From the IMG/VR virus record IMGVR_UViG_3300045049_000270: a stretch of DNA of 64,000 nt. The stretch is one strand, 5' to 3'. The notes beneath the pieces are model-generated. The model was not told where the DNA came from. It searched no databases and saw only the letters and a list, made by a program, of their open reading frames with translations. Source of the DNA: a virus (Duplodnaviria; Heunggongvirae; Uroviricota; Caudoviricetes). A program made the translations under genes and the position numbers. This document shows positions 35,634-44,567 of the stretch, in pieces. Numbering within the stretch: position 1 is the stretch's first letter; each line of letters opens with the position of its first letter.

Positions 35634-37142
35634 ATGGCTGTAAAGAAACATCGTAATAATTGGGCGATTTTTACACCTTCGGTGAGTCAGATGTATGTTC
35701 TGGCACATGCGAAGGCTTGGCCCCGACAACCAATTCCCTTTGATCCACTTAATTTCCTGGATTCAAAGAATGAATTCAACTACCCATTTGCACTTTATTC
35801 AGCTGGTCATGCTTATTTGGATCCAGCAAAGAGCGATGAGCGTGAACCAATGATCCAAAATCGTGATCGCGAAAATACCGTAATGGTCGGCGATTCTGGA
35901 GGATTCCAGGCAGCTACTGGCGTTCTTGATTTTGATTGGGAGAATCCACTTGGCCAAAAGGCAATCGACAAACGTATCGAACTTATTAAGTGGCTAGAAC
36001 ATACGGCTGATTACAGTATGATTTTGGATTGGCCAGCATGGGCCATTAATACTGGTCGCTTGCCAAGCCAACTAATGATTGCTGATCCAACTACTAATCC
36101 ATTAGTTGAAACTAATGATCCATTCCATAACTGCTTGAACGGGACGGTTTGGAATAACCACTTCTTTATCAAGCATCGAACACCAGGCGCAACTAAATTC
36201 TTGAATGTATTGCAAGGTCGAAGCATTGACGAAGCATATGAATGGTACGATGCGGTAACACCATTTAGCGATACAAAGAAGTACAGTGACCGAGCATTCG
36301 AAGGTTGGGCACTTGGGGGCTCTACTGGGGGCGATCCAAGCCTCACCATGCGTTTGCTGATTAAATTGCGTGACGATGGATTGCTTGATGGTGATGATCG
36401 TTGGATTCACGTTTTGGGACGATCACGATTGACCACCGCAGCTTATTTGACAGCTTTGAATCAAGCATTGACTGAACATGTCAATCCAAACTGTCAGATC
36501 AGCTTTGATGCTGCATCAGCATTCTTATATGCTGTGAATGGTAATTATGTTGTAGATTGGCAAGTTAATCCGAAGGGTTTGAACTTGATCAGTAATGAAT
36601 TTCCAATGCACGAAAAGTACATTGGTAGCGAAGAGCCATTTATCTACAATGGTGTAAGTGCTGAACGATTGGCTGATCCAACACATTATAAAACAACAGT
36701 TGCAAAACAATTGAAGATGGGTGATTTCATTCTTCAATCAGACCCAGATGCCAAGAAACCGTACCGTATGGATACGGCAAGCTATTACTACATTATGGGG
36801 CATAATGTTCAAATGCAGATCAATGCGGTGCATGATGTGTGTGAAAAGATGGACCGCCCCGATGCTGTAAAGTACATTCCAACCATCTTCTTGGAATACA
36901 AAGAATTCGTTCACGAGCTTTTCACAACAGAAAAGCCAATGGAACTAATCGAGAAGGAAGGCAATAGATATCGTGATCTTATTTCTGGTGAACGTCCTGG
37001 CACCAGTGCTCTAGAAGATCATAGTATGTTCCCAAAGACGGCAACATTGCAAACAGCACCTGAACGTAAATCAAGAGCAAAAGTTGTTAAACCAGTTAAG
37101 GTTGAACCAGCAGTAGTTAACGATGGCTTGTTCAAGTTCTAA
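35634..37142 (+). CDS. tRNA-guanine-transglycosylase-fold protein (DpdA/TGT-like 7-deazaguanine insertase)
   Basis: GDSGGFQ, MILDWP, LNVLQG, EGWALGG, WIHVLG, ISFDAAS. Confidence 0.8.
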   Translation: MAVKKHRNNWAIFTPSVSQMYVLAHAKAWPRQPIPFDPLNFLDSKNEFNYPFALYSAGHAYLDPAKSDEREPMIQNRDRENTVMVGDSGGFQAATGVLDFDWENPLGQKAIDKRIELIKWLEHTADYSMILDWPAWAINTGRLPSQLMIADPTTNPLVETNDPFHNCLNGTVWNNHFFIKHRTPGATKFLNVLQGRSIDEAYEWYDAVTPFSDTKKYSDRAFEGWALGGSTGGDPSLTMRLLIKLRDDGLLDGDDRWIHVLGRSRLTTAAYLTALNQALTEHVNPNCQISFDAASAFLYAVNGNYVVDWQVNPKGLNLISNEFPMHEKYIGSEEPFIYNGVSAERLADPTHYKTTVAKQLKMGDFILQSDPDAKKPYRMDTASYYYIMGHNVQMQINAVHDVCEKMDRPDAVKYIPTIFLEYKEFVHELFTTEKPMELIEKEGNRYRDLISGERPGTSALEDHSMFPKTATLQTAPERKSRAKVVKPVKVEPAVVNDGLFKF

Positions 37143-37144
37143 CT

Positions 37145-37420
37145 GTGTATAGATTTCACTTTACGAGTGATGACGTAGACTACGAGGGAATTCCCTCGTG
37201 GTTTGCTGAACGAAACGCTGCATTCTGCTTGATGAATAAAACGGTTGACGTGGTCAACCTTAGTGGTCTCCAATTAGTCATCACATATGACATTACTGTT
37301 TTGGGTGAAATGGTGGCTCTAGAATTCATGTTAGCATTTCCGGTGAAGCAGCACGAATCGACAATTTTCAAATTAAGAAAAGAACGATTAGAAATTATGA
37401 AAAGAATAAAAGCTCTATGA
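37145..37420 (+). CDS. Divergent FKLxW-family member
   Basis: WFAERN, EMVALEFMLAF. Confidence 0.65.
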   Translation: MYRFHFTSDDVDYEGIPSWFAERNAAFCLMNKTVDVVNLSGLQLVITYDITVLGEMVALEFMLAFPVKQHESTIFKLRKERLEIMKRIKAL

Positions 37421-37758
37421 ATAAACTCTGGTTCACTGGCGATAAGTTTGATCTTAATCAAGCCAAATCGTGGTTTGACGAACAAAACAAATATAGTGAT
37501 TACACTTTTAACGTAAGTGGTCCATATTTGAATTTCGAAATAGAAGATGATCAAATTGCAGTGGCTTTCCGTCTTGCTTTTGACGCTTCTATTGGTGAAA
37601 AGCTTGATGTTGAATATGAACTTAGCAAAGTTATGGAAGCAGAGATGCTTAAAGAAATTGATGAAGAAATAATCAGAGAGATAGCTGGTTTAGCTAAACA
37701 ATATTTGATTCCTAAAGTTTCGGTCATTAGTACTCCTATCGTTTATAAGAAACCATGA
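37417..37758 (+). CDS. FKLxW-family domain fused to a major-capsid-like helix
   Basis: EDDQIAVAFRLAF followed by LDVEYELSKVMEAEMLKEIDEEIIREI. Confidence 0.75.
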   Translation: MNKLWFTGDKFDLNQAKSWFDEQNKYSDYTFNVSGPYLNFEIEDDQIAVAFRLAFDASIGEKLDVEYELSKVMEAEMLKEIDEEIIREIAGLAKQYLIPKVSVISTPIVYKKP

Positions 37759-38009
37759 GTTACGTTTTAGTTCTGCGCCAATCCAAAGAAGTTGATGGAT
37801 GGTTGAGTGAAAACATGGCACTTAATTGTATTGTTGAACGCGTAGTGCATCCTAGAGAATTTAATCAATTCATCATAATTTCATCAAATACTGATGCATT
37901 TGGTGTTCAATGCAAACTCGCTTGTCTAGATCATATAGCTAGTGCAACAGAAATTGGCGAGTTGATAGCCTATCTAAAGTGTGTAAAAATAAAGACGGCA
38001 ATTAGCTGA
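37755..38009 (+). CDS. FKLxW-family paralogue
   Basis: WLSENM, DAFGVQCKLA. Confidence 0.7.
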   Translation: MSYVLVLRQSKEVDGWLSENMALNCIVERVVHPREFNQFIIISSNTDAFGVQCKLACLDHIASATEIGELIAYLKCVKIKTAIS

Positions 38010-38010
38010 T

Positions 38011-38259
38011 ATGACTCAAGAATATCCAATAATAGTCAATATCACTGATACATACCTTTTTGGATTGAGTAATGAAGCTCAAGATTGGTGTGATGCAAAT
38101 GGTATTAATTACAAAATCAGATGTAAGACTAGTGAAATTAATACTGGTGTCGCTGCTTGGTTATCATTTAGTTTTAAAGAAGAGGATGCGGCTATGGCCG
38201 CCATGTTTAAGTTGGCTTGGTCTGACTTTCTATTTGATGAAAATTCTCTTCTTCTTTGA
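38011..38259 (+). CDS. FKLxW-family paralogue
   Basis: WCDANG, EEDAAMAAMFKLAW. Confidence 0.85.
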   Translation: MTQEYPIIVNITDTYLFGLSNEAQDWCDANGINYKIRCKTSEINTGVAAWLSFSFKEEDAAMAAMFKLAWSDFLFDENSLLL

Positions 38260-38452
38260 GTATAATTGGTTCAACGTTATCAAAGTCCACGATTGGGTGG
38301 ATCTATATTTGGATCATTATTCTGCAAATATACGACATATATTTGACATAGGCACCCAAACCCGTAGAATAGAACTAACAATTTATGATGAGCAATATGC
38401 AATATTGACAAAGATGGCGTTTGCTGACATAATATTGAAGATTGAAAAATGA
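38237..38452 (+). CDS. FKLxW-family paralogue (start reassigned)
   Basis: HDWV, DEQYAILTKMAF. Confidence 0.7.
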   Translation: MKILFFFEYNWFNVIKVHDWVDLYLDHYSANIRHIFDIGTQTRRIELTIYDEQYAILTKMAFADIILKIEK

Positions 38453-38596
38453 AAGAACGCATTGTCACACCAGAAGAAGCAGCAGCCAATCGCAAGCTAT
38501 TGCAATGGATAGCAAAATACTCGATGGTTTTCAGTATAATTGCATTAGTTGGAATCTTCGTTTTAACAGTCATTATCTCAAAACATTAAGCATAGA

Positions 38597-38821
38597 ATGC
38601 ATAAAATTATATTAATCAAATATTTGCAAAATGATGCAAAGCATAATGGTGAAATTATTAACACTGCAACATCATTGTTTCCATCTGCAAAACTTCGTGG
38701 TGTGACTGTTGACCCCTCAACATTCGAACCAGTTGGTAACATTTTTGTAGATGAAGAAGAAGCCCAAGATTTGGTGGACTACTTTAATGCAAATCAAATA
38801 GAAGCAAAGATTAAACAGTAA
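38597..38821 (+). CDS. Hypothetical protein
   Basis: 74-aa ORF in the operon. Confidence 0.6.
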   Translation: MHKIILIKYLQNDAKHNGEIINTATSLFPSAKLRGVTVDPSTFEPVGNIFVDEEEAQDLVDYFNANQIEAKIKQ

Positions 38822-38851
38822 TTCAAAATTAGCACAACGGATATTATTCAA

Positions 38852-39370
38852 ATGGATCGTAACCAACCAGTCCGCTTTTTTCGCGGATTAGAAATTGAAG
38901 CAACCAAGCATTTTCTGCAACCAACGATGATTGCACCAGGTCAATATGACTACGAAGAGTGCAAGCAAATGACACTTGATCACAAGTGTAACCACATTTT
39001 GGTGGGGTTCATGTACGACCCTGCTGGTAACCCGCTCGTTATGGACATTCCCCGCGCGTTTGAACTTGCAAACAAGCTGATGGATGACGGTCTGCGCGTT
39101 ACACTGGAAATCCGCCCAGACCAGCTGACGGACGAGTTCGTTGCGGCATGCCCAGAGCCTACTAGCAAGCGCGGTGAGCTGTTCGCGATCCTGATCGGTA
39201 CACGTTTCCCCAACATGCCAAAAATCGGCGCTTACACGACACTGAAGCTGCACTCAGATTTTGGTAACACAGAAAATTCAGGTGTGTGGTGTGTGCAAGT
39301 GCCTGACTTCGTTGAGGCTGGCCAGTTCACACCTTGGGAAGCATATTCTTTCGATGAGCACCTGAAGTAA
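38852..39370 (+). CDS. Conserved phage protein (FFxGxEIExT...NSGVWC)
   Basis: Motifs of a phage family I recall occurring near TGT-like genes; function unknown. Confidence 0.75.
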   Translation: MDRNQPVRFFRGLEIEATKHFLQPTMIAPGQYDYEECKQMTLDHKCNHILVGFMYDPAGNPLVMDIPRAFELANKLMDDGLRVTLEIRPDQLTDEFVAACPEPTSKRGELFAILIGTRFPNMPKIGAYTTLKLHSDFGNTENSGVWCVQVPDFVEAGQFTPWEAYSFDEHLK

Positions 39371-39427
39371 GACGTAGCTGAATGAACAAAGGCTCCCATT
39401 GGGAGCCTTTTCTATAAGAAGAATAAT

Positions 39428-40045
39428 ATGACCGGATTTGCTTTCATCTCAACCCTAGATACCATCTATTGCGCGACCGACACTTGTATTTCATATACAA
39501 ATAAACCGGCAACATTTGGACCAAAGCATCATTTTTTACCGAATGTTAATGGTATGATTGGATGTGTTGGCTCTATGGACATTTTTTATGATGCGAAAAC
39601 AAAAGGAATTGGTAGTTCTATTAGTAATGATTTTAGCTTAATTGCGGCCCAATGTGATATCGCAAATGAACTAGAAAAAATCAAACAGAAACACGCTACC
39701 ATTCCTGGATACGTATCAACACCAACCACTATCACCTTCATGGGCTTTAATGCTGCGGGGAATCCAATCATTTATGTTTATAGCGATCATAACGAAAATC
39801 AATGCTTCGACGAAACGGTAATGGGTGCAAACGTAAGCTACGCTAATCCACCGACAGATAACCGGTATGGTGCGGTTTTTCGTAGTAATCAGTTATCAAC
39901 TTTGACCCTTAGTGATTGCAGAAAGAGCCTTTTGGTTACGTTGAGGAAACAACGAACATTATACCCTGATACTATTGGTGGTCATATCGAATTCATTGTT
40001 CTTAAGCCTAACGCTGTTCCTATTATTGAATATCAGTTGTTCTAA
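39428..40045 (+). CDS. Ntn-hydrolase / proteasome-beta (HslV-like) protease candidate
   Basis: After Met removal: Thr1, Asp17, Lys32, Gly47; C-terminal DTIGGHI. Confidence 0.6.
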   Translation: MTGFAFISTLDTIYCATDTCISYTNKPATFGPKHHFLPNVNGMIGCVGSMDIFYDAKTKGIGSSISNDFSLIAAQCDIANELEKIKQKHATIPGYVSTPTTITFMGFNAAGNPIIYVYSDHNENQCFDETVMGANVSYANPPTDNRYGAVFRSNQLSTLTLSDCRKSLLVTLRKQRTLYPDTIGGHIEFIVLKPNAVPIIEYQLF

Positions 40046-40078
40046 ACAAAGGGCCTCCATTTGGAGGCCCTTTGTTTT
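40045..40078. terminator. Bidirectional terminator
   Basis: AACAAAGGGCCTCCA-TT-TGGAGGCCCTTTGTT between convergent genes. Confidence 0.75.
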
Positions 40079-40093
40079 ATGGCGATCGGTACG

Positions 40094-40408
40094 TTAGAAG
40101 ACGAATTTGATCATGCTGCTCGAACCGTCTTCGTTGGCTTTGCTATGTTGATCAACGAAACCCATAGCCTTCCAAAACAAGGTTGCTTCTGAGTTCTTCG
40201 ACCACAGTTCGACGCGAGTAACAGTCTTGGGCAATGACGCCTCCCAAGCTTTGTACTTCGCGCTTCCACGGCCTTTGCGACGTTCACCATGAACAACTAG
40301 GCGCAGAACTGTTGCTACCGCACCCTCGATGCGCCACGCGAATTCGACGCCGTCTTCGGGTATAGGAGGAGTAATGAAGTTAGTTCTCCTTGAAGTATCA
40401 TTGTTCAC
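40094..40408 (-). CDS. GNAT-family acetyltransferase-like protein
   Basis: VVHGERRKGRGS (motif A), EATLFWKAMGF (motif B). Confidence 0.7.
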   Translation of the reverse strand: MNNDTSRRTNFITPPIPEDGVEFAWRIEGAVATVLRLVVHGERRKGRGSAKYKAWEASLPKTVTRVELWSKNSEATLFWKAMGFVDQHSKANEDGSSSMIKFVF

Positions 40409-40437
40409 ATGATAGCTTCATATGAACTACACGTCAA
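40409..40437 (-). promoter_or_regulatory. Promoter with palindromic operator
   Basis: Minus strand TTGACG-tgtagTTCATATGAAgc-TATCAT, 17-bp spacer. Confidence 0.75.
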
Positions 40438-40440
40438 GGT

Positions 40441-41118
40441 TTACTTTGCGCGAGCGTATAGGTAGATCCAGTTCTTCTCGCCTGTTTGCCAATAGAACTT
40501 GACACTAGGATAGCGCTTGGAATATTCATCAATGATTTGTTGTAGCTTCATAGCAGATTCACCAGTCAATTCTTCCCAGTCGTAATCGCCGTCATCGTCT
40601 TCTCCATCAGGAACTTGCCAGTTTCCCCAATAACGAATTTCCGCCACCCATCGATCACCTTCTTGCTCTGGGCCGCGTGCATCGTAATTGCCCCACTTTC
40701 TATTCGAATGGATCGATTTAACAGTATTCAACAATTCACGCAATGCAGATTCAATATTCACAGGTTTATCTATTTTTGAAATAGGTGATTTCACACCTTT
40801 CGGCGCATCGACTTGCATATCAGTTGGCTTAACAGCCACAGGAGTTTTCTTCTTTAATGATGGCATGAACGGTTCTTTCGCTACGAACCATACAAAGCCC
40901 TCAGGAGAATCAGTGTTTGGCGCTTTATACCCAACAATACCTTTAGCATTCATGATATAAATGCCACCACCTGCTTGTGGTTTGCTTTCCTTGTTGGGCC
41001 CAGAAATACCAAACTTACTTTTCAGTGCAGAATCAAATTCTGATTGTGTAGGATATGATCTGCTTGTATCAATTTTGTTACGGTAATTGGCTTCTGTGAT
41101 GATCTCGTTGTATCGCAT
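40441..41118 (-). CDS. Hypothetical late protein (MRYNEIITEA leader)
   Basis: Upstream TAAATA plus GAGG RBS. Confidence 0.75.
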   Translation of the reverse strand: MRYNEIITEANYRNKIDTSRSYPTQSEFDSALKSKFGISGPNKESKPQAGGGIYIMNAKGIVGYKAPNTDSPEGFVWFVAKEPFMPSLKKKTPVAVKPTDMQVDAPKGVKSPISKIDKPVNIESALRELLNTVKSIHSNRKWGNYDARGPEQEGDRWVAEIRYWGNWQVPDGEDDDGDYDWEELTGESAMKLQQIIDEYSKRYPSVKFYWQTGEKNWIYLYARAK

Positions 41119-41215
41119 TGGGAAACCTCAAAATAATATCTGTTTTATTTATTGAGCTTGACTTGTATGCCATATAGCTGTATTGTAGCAATACAACCTA
41201 TAAGTATAAAACAAT

Positions 41216-41701
41216 ATGCGTATCTGGATCGACACCGAATTCAATAGTTTCAAGGGAGCAATGATTTCTATTGCTCTAGTGGCCGAAGATGGTTCTGAGT
41301 TCTACGAAGCAGTAGAATGCAAGAATCCCCATCCTTGGGTAAAACAAAATGTGATGCCTAATCTCAATACCGTTCCAATTCCAATGGATTCACTGAGATT
41401 GCGGCTACAACACTTCCTGAAGAAGTTTGACACCGTTCATATCATTGCCGACTGGCCAGAAGACATTGCCAATTTCTGCCAAGCCTTGGTGACATTTGAT
41501 GGCATGTGCGTAACTATTCCACCACTGACGATGGAAATCAGGTCCGACATCAAGGGCATACCAGAAATTCCACACAACGCATTGTCAGATGCTCGTGCCA
41601 ATATGCTTGAGCATCTTGAAATCGAAGTAAATGGTGGAAAGGTCAATAGTGTTGATACCTGGTTGCAGAAAGTGGCAAGAAATCTAAATGACGAATCGTA
41701 A
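41216..41701 (+). CDS. DEDDh 3'-5' exoribonuclease (Rv2179c/DUF5051-like)
   Basis: IDTEF, ISIALV, WVKQNVMP, ADWPED, HNALSDAR. Confidence 0.85.
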   Translation: MRIWIDTEFNSFKGAMISIALVAEDGSEFYEAVECKNPHPWVKQNVMPNLNTVPIPMDSLRLRLQHFLKKFDTVHIIADWPEDIANFCQALVTFDGMCVTIPPLTMEIRSDIKGIPEIPHNALSDARANMLEHLEIEVNGGKVNSVDTWLQKVARNLNDES

Positions 41702-41864
41702 GAAATATTCATTATTGACTGAATTCGCAACCATTTGCGCAGGTGTTGCATCCGGTGGTTTGGCTATGGCTTGCATTTTACCGACAACACCATTAGTGGT
41801 TATTCTTGCTGCAATCTTTGGTGGTGCCTACACAAAACTCATGATTGAACTAGACAAAGAATGA
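41688..41864 (+). CDS. Small membrane protein (58 aa)
   Basis: Manual translation with two hydrophobic segments; overlaps both neighbours. Confidence 0.55.
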   Translation: MTNRKKYSLLTEFATICAGVASGGLAMACILPTTPLVVILAAIFGGAYTKLMIELDKE

Positions 41865-42157
41865 AAACAAGAGTAAAAGTTGGTGACCTTGCCTATCTGG
41901 TTAAGGCTTACAATAAAGAGAATATTGGCGTTGTTGTTGAAGTAATGCAAGCATTTGGTGATTGCGATGATGGTCTTGGGTTCAGATGGGTATGTCAAAC
42001 AACGACATCCATTAAAGTCTCAGATGCCGACCGCACTATAATAGGTACATCAACAGTATTCACATGTCCTGATTCTTGGCTAAGGCCTATTGCTGGTCCT
42101 TCACTTGGAGACATTTTTGATAAAGAAAAAAATAACGAACTTATAGATATTAAGTAA
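41861..42157 (+). CDS. Hypothetical phage protein (SH3-like)
   Basis: KVGDLAY...NIGVVVEV...PDSWLRPI. Confidence 0.7.
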   Translation: MKTRVKVGDLAYLVKAYNKENIGVVVEVMQAFGDCDDGLGFRWVCQTTTSIKVSDADRTIIGTSTVFTCPDSWLRPIAGPSLGDIFDKEKNNELIDIK

Positions 42158-42158
42158 C

Positions 42159-42383
42159 ATGATTAACGCAACATTCAACCTTATCGTTTCATTGGCCAAT
42201 CCAGCATCTGATCAGACTCTTCTAACTGGTGTTATAGTCGAAGTGCCAAAGATTGATGAACAGGTGGTAGTCAACAACACCTTGTACATCGTTCAATCAA
42301 TTCACTGGGTCATGTCTCAGCCTGACGTGAATGGTAACATTGCTCAAGCAGCATATATTCGATTGATGAGCTTGCCTGCCTAA
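42159..42383 (+). CDS. Hypothetical protein
   Basis: VPKIDEQV...YIVQSIHW. Confidence 0.65.
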   Translation: MINATFNLIVSLANPASDQTLLTGVIVEVPKIDEQVVVNNTLYIVQSIHWVMSQPDVNGNIAQAAYIRLMSLPA

Positions 42384-42483
42384 GATTCATTTGGAATAAG
42401 CAAGAAAGCCACTTTGGTGGCTTTCTTGCTATCTATAAGTTGCCAAATGTGTTAGACTTCTGCCGTTTTCTAACAAACAACGA

Positions 42484-42732
42484 GTGGCTCACATGTCTGA
42501 TTATCTCACCAATCTCCGTGAAAAGAGTCTAGCAGATGACTCGAATGTCTCAGAAGCTGAACTCCATGCGTCTAGCGAATCAATCAAGGAAGGATGGCAA
42601 ACCATCCAGGACATCAAGAAACGCATCGCCACAGCAAAGCAAGAAGCGATCAAGAAGATCGACGAACAGTTTGCAGAAGAACTGAAAGCCGCAGAAGAAA
42701 ACTACGCATTCCTTCTCACTCTCACGCGCTAA
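42484..42732 (+). CDS. Small helical protein, module A copy 1 (paralogue of 51970..52212)
   Basis: EAEL...KEGWQTIQDIK...ELKAAEENYAFLLTLTR. Confidence 0.8.
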   Translation: MAHMSDYLTNLREKSLADDSNVSEAELHASSESIKEGWQTIQDIKKRIATAKQEAIKKIDEQFAEELKAAEENYAFLLTLTR

Positions 42733-42734
42733 TC

Positions 42735-43988
42735 ATGACTCAATATTCGATCAAAATCCCTGAACAAGTTTACGTTGGCTTCCAAGGTCGGCGCTCGCAA
42801 GATGAAGTGCCTCTGGGCTTCATGACGCCATATAACGATGACGAAGCAGGTCAAAGGCGCCGAGCTACAGTTGATAACTGGGCACGTGGCTATGGCAATT
42901 CAAAGACGTTTAATAGCGTGATTCTCGAAAACAAGCCCATGATCGGTTTCAAGATCGGACGTGCGATTCGCCGGAGCGGTGGCTGGAACGGTAGCGGTGC
43001 AAGCTACGTTCGTATTGAAGATCCGCGTGGCTTCGAACTCGAAATCACGATCGAAAACCTTGTGATGTGCATGAGCGACAACCTGCTAGATGATGGTGAA
43101 ATCATCGCCGAGTGCGTTTGGGGACGTGACGGCAACCGCAACATTCTGCTACCTACCAATAGTGAACCATACAAGAATTCTGTCGTGTTGCGAACAAAGG
43201 TTGCAGCAGTAATTCCCCTAAAGGAAGTGACCGTCGGTGACGAAGTCGAATTGATTACCGGTGAGAAGGGTATCTACTTGGGTTCACTGCTTCCGCTTCA
43301 GCTGGAAGGATCATTGCAATATCGTACTGGTAAGATTGAGATTGTCGACAGCACGAAACGCTATGTATTGAAGGTAATGCGCAATGGTGTTCCGTTCCTT
43401 GTTGGTCGTTCTTCGATCAAAGTTATCGAAGTCACTAAGAAGGTCGAAAAGAAACTGACCGTTGATCAGGTTGAAGAAGAAATTATCGCAGCGATGACAA
43501 GCAATCCATTTGCCTGCGAAGACGCATCGGCGAACAACTATCGCGAAGTTTTGGGTTGGACGTTTGCTGGTTACAAGATTGGGACAATGACGACTGTTGA
43601 TGTGACTGAGGCAGAGATCAAGAAGTTGATAGAAGAAAACGGCGGCCACCGTGCTAAGGCAAATAGTTTTATTGAAACTATGGATGGTAAAAACTACCAT
43701 GCAGAGGATCATATCAACTTTGTAATGGACCGTAATAACAACCCAGATCGTTATTACTGGGCCAACATTCCGCAGACTCATTCTAATGGTTACGTTAGTA
43801 ACCAAACGAGAATGCAAGCTCGGGGTTTTGTTGTGAAAGAAGTGACGTTGTCAAATGTGTATAACACAGTCGAAAGCGACAATTACGGTCACAACATTGA
43901 TATTGCTGAAAGTGATGTGAAACGATTCTTCAACGTGCAATTTGAAATCACCAGCAAAACTGGTAATAAGATGCAAGTTCGAATCTAA
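42735..43988 (+). CDS. Large protein, module B copy 1 (paralogue of 52246..53502)
   Basis: PLGFMTPY, RIEDPRGFELEI, WGRDG, LLPTNSEPY, EITSKTG; start reassigned to ATG 42735. Confidence 0.85.
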   Translation: MTQYSIKIPEQVYVGFQGRRSQDEVPLGFMTPYNDDEAGQRRRATVDNWARGYGNSKTFNSVILENKPMIGFKIGRAIRRSGGWNGSGASYVRIEDPRGFELEITIENLVMCMSDNLLDDGEIIAECVWGRDGNRNILLPTNSEPYKNSVVLRTKVAAVIPLKEVTVGDEVELITGEKGIYLGSLLPLQLEGSLQYRTGKIEIVDSTKRYVLKVMRNGVPFLVGRSSIKVIEVTKKVEKKLTVDQVEEEIIAAMTSNPFACEDASANNYREVLGWTFAGYKIGTMTTVDVTEAEIKKLIEENGGHRAKANSFIETMDGKNYHAEDHINFVMDRNNNPDRYYWANIPQTHSNGYVSNQTRMQARGFVVKEVTLSNVYNTVESDNYGHNIDIAESDVKRFFNVQFEITSKTGNKMQVRI

Positions 43989-44052
43989 TGTTTGCAGCAA
44001 GTGTTGCAAATGTTGCAAATGTTGCACTTGCTGCAAACGCTGCAAAATCACA

Positions 44053-44080
44053 GGTTATGCCATCGTAAGATGGCATAACC
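44053..44080 (+). terminator. GNRA-capped hairpin
   Basis: GGTTATGCCATC-GTAA-GATGGCATAACC. Confidence 0.65.
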
Positions 44081-44197
44081 ATTTCGTAAGGTTCGAATTT
44101 TGAAATCGTAAAATGGCTTACCGCCAGTCACCGTGAATGTGATATGATGCTTGAACAGCTGACACAACACAATAGCACTAAATGAAGGTACACCACA

Positions 44198-44512
44198 ATG
44201 CAGAAGTGGTTTACCGTTGGCGATGATACAAAGGAGAAAGTTATGCCACGCACCGTTACGCTTGTTGATTTTTCCGAACTGCTCTACTATTCCCAGTCAA
44301 TTGGCATCGACTGGAACACAGCGCATGACATCCTAGTGAAGGATGAGGTTCCGCCCATGTATGAAAGTAACCAGCGTGAATACCACATCAGTGATTTCGT
44401 CTCAAACCCAGATGATAGCCCTGCTTACCGACATTCCGACGAAACTGTCCGCATCATGGTTGGCTTCATGGTCAAAGAAAACATTGACGGGTTCACGCTA
44501 GTCAACGACTAA
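44198..44512 (+). CDS. Hypothetical protein (start probably 44243)
   Basis: AGGAG RBS before MPRTV. Confidence 0.7.
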   Translation: MQKWFTVGDDTKEKVMPRTVTLVDFSELLYYSQSIGIDWNTAHDILVKDEVPPMYESNQREYHISDFVSNPDDSPAYRHSDETVRIMVGFMVKENIDGFTLVND

Positions 44513-44515
44513 CGC

Positions 44516-44544
44516 TTGCGTTCATGTTCATATGAACGTATCAT
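44516..44544 (+). promoter_or_regulatory. Promoter with palindromic operator
   Basis: TTGCGT-tcatGTTCATATGAACg-TATCAT; identical to 45115..45143. Confidence 0.8.
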
Positions 44545-44567
44545 AGTCATATCATCGACGTTTCTAC

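Noticed and set aside
42594-42734. N-terminal extension of the 464-aa ORF
   Set aside because: It overlaps 42484..42732. The paralogue at 52246 aligns from the ATG at 42735.
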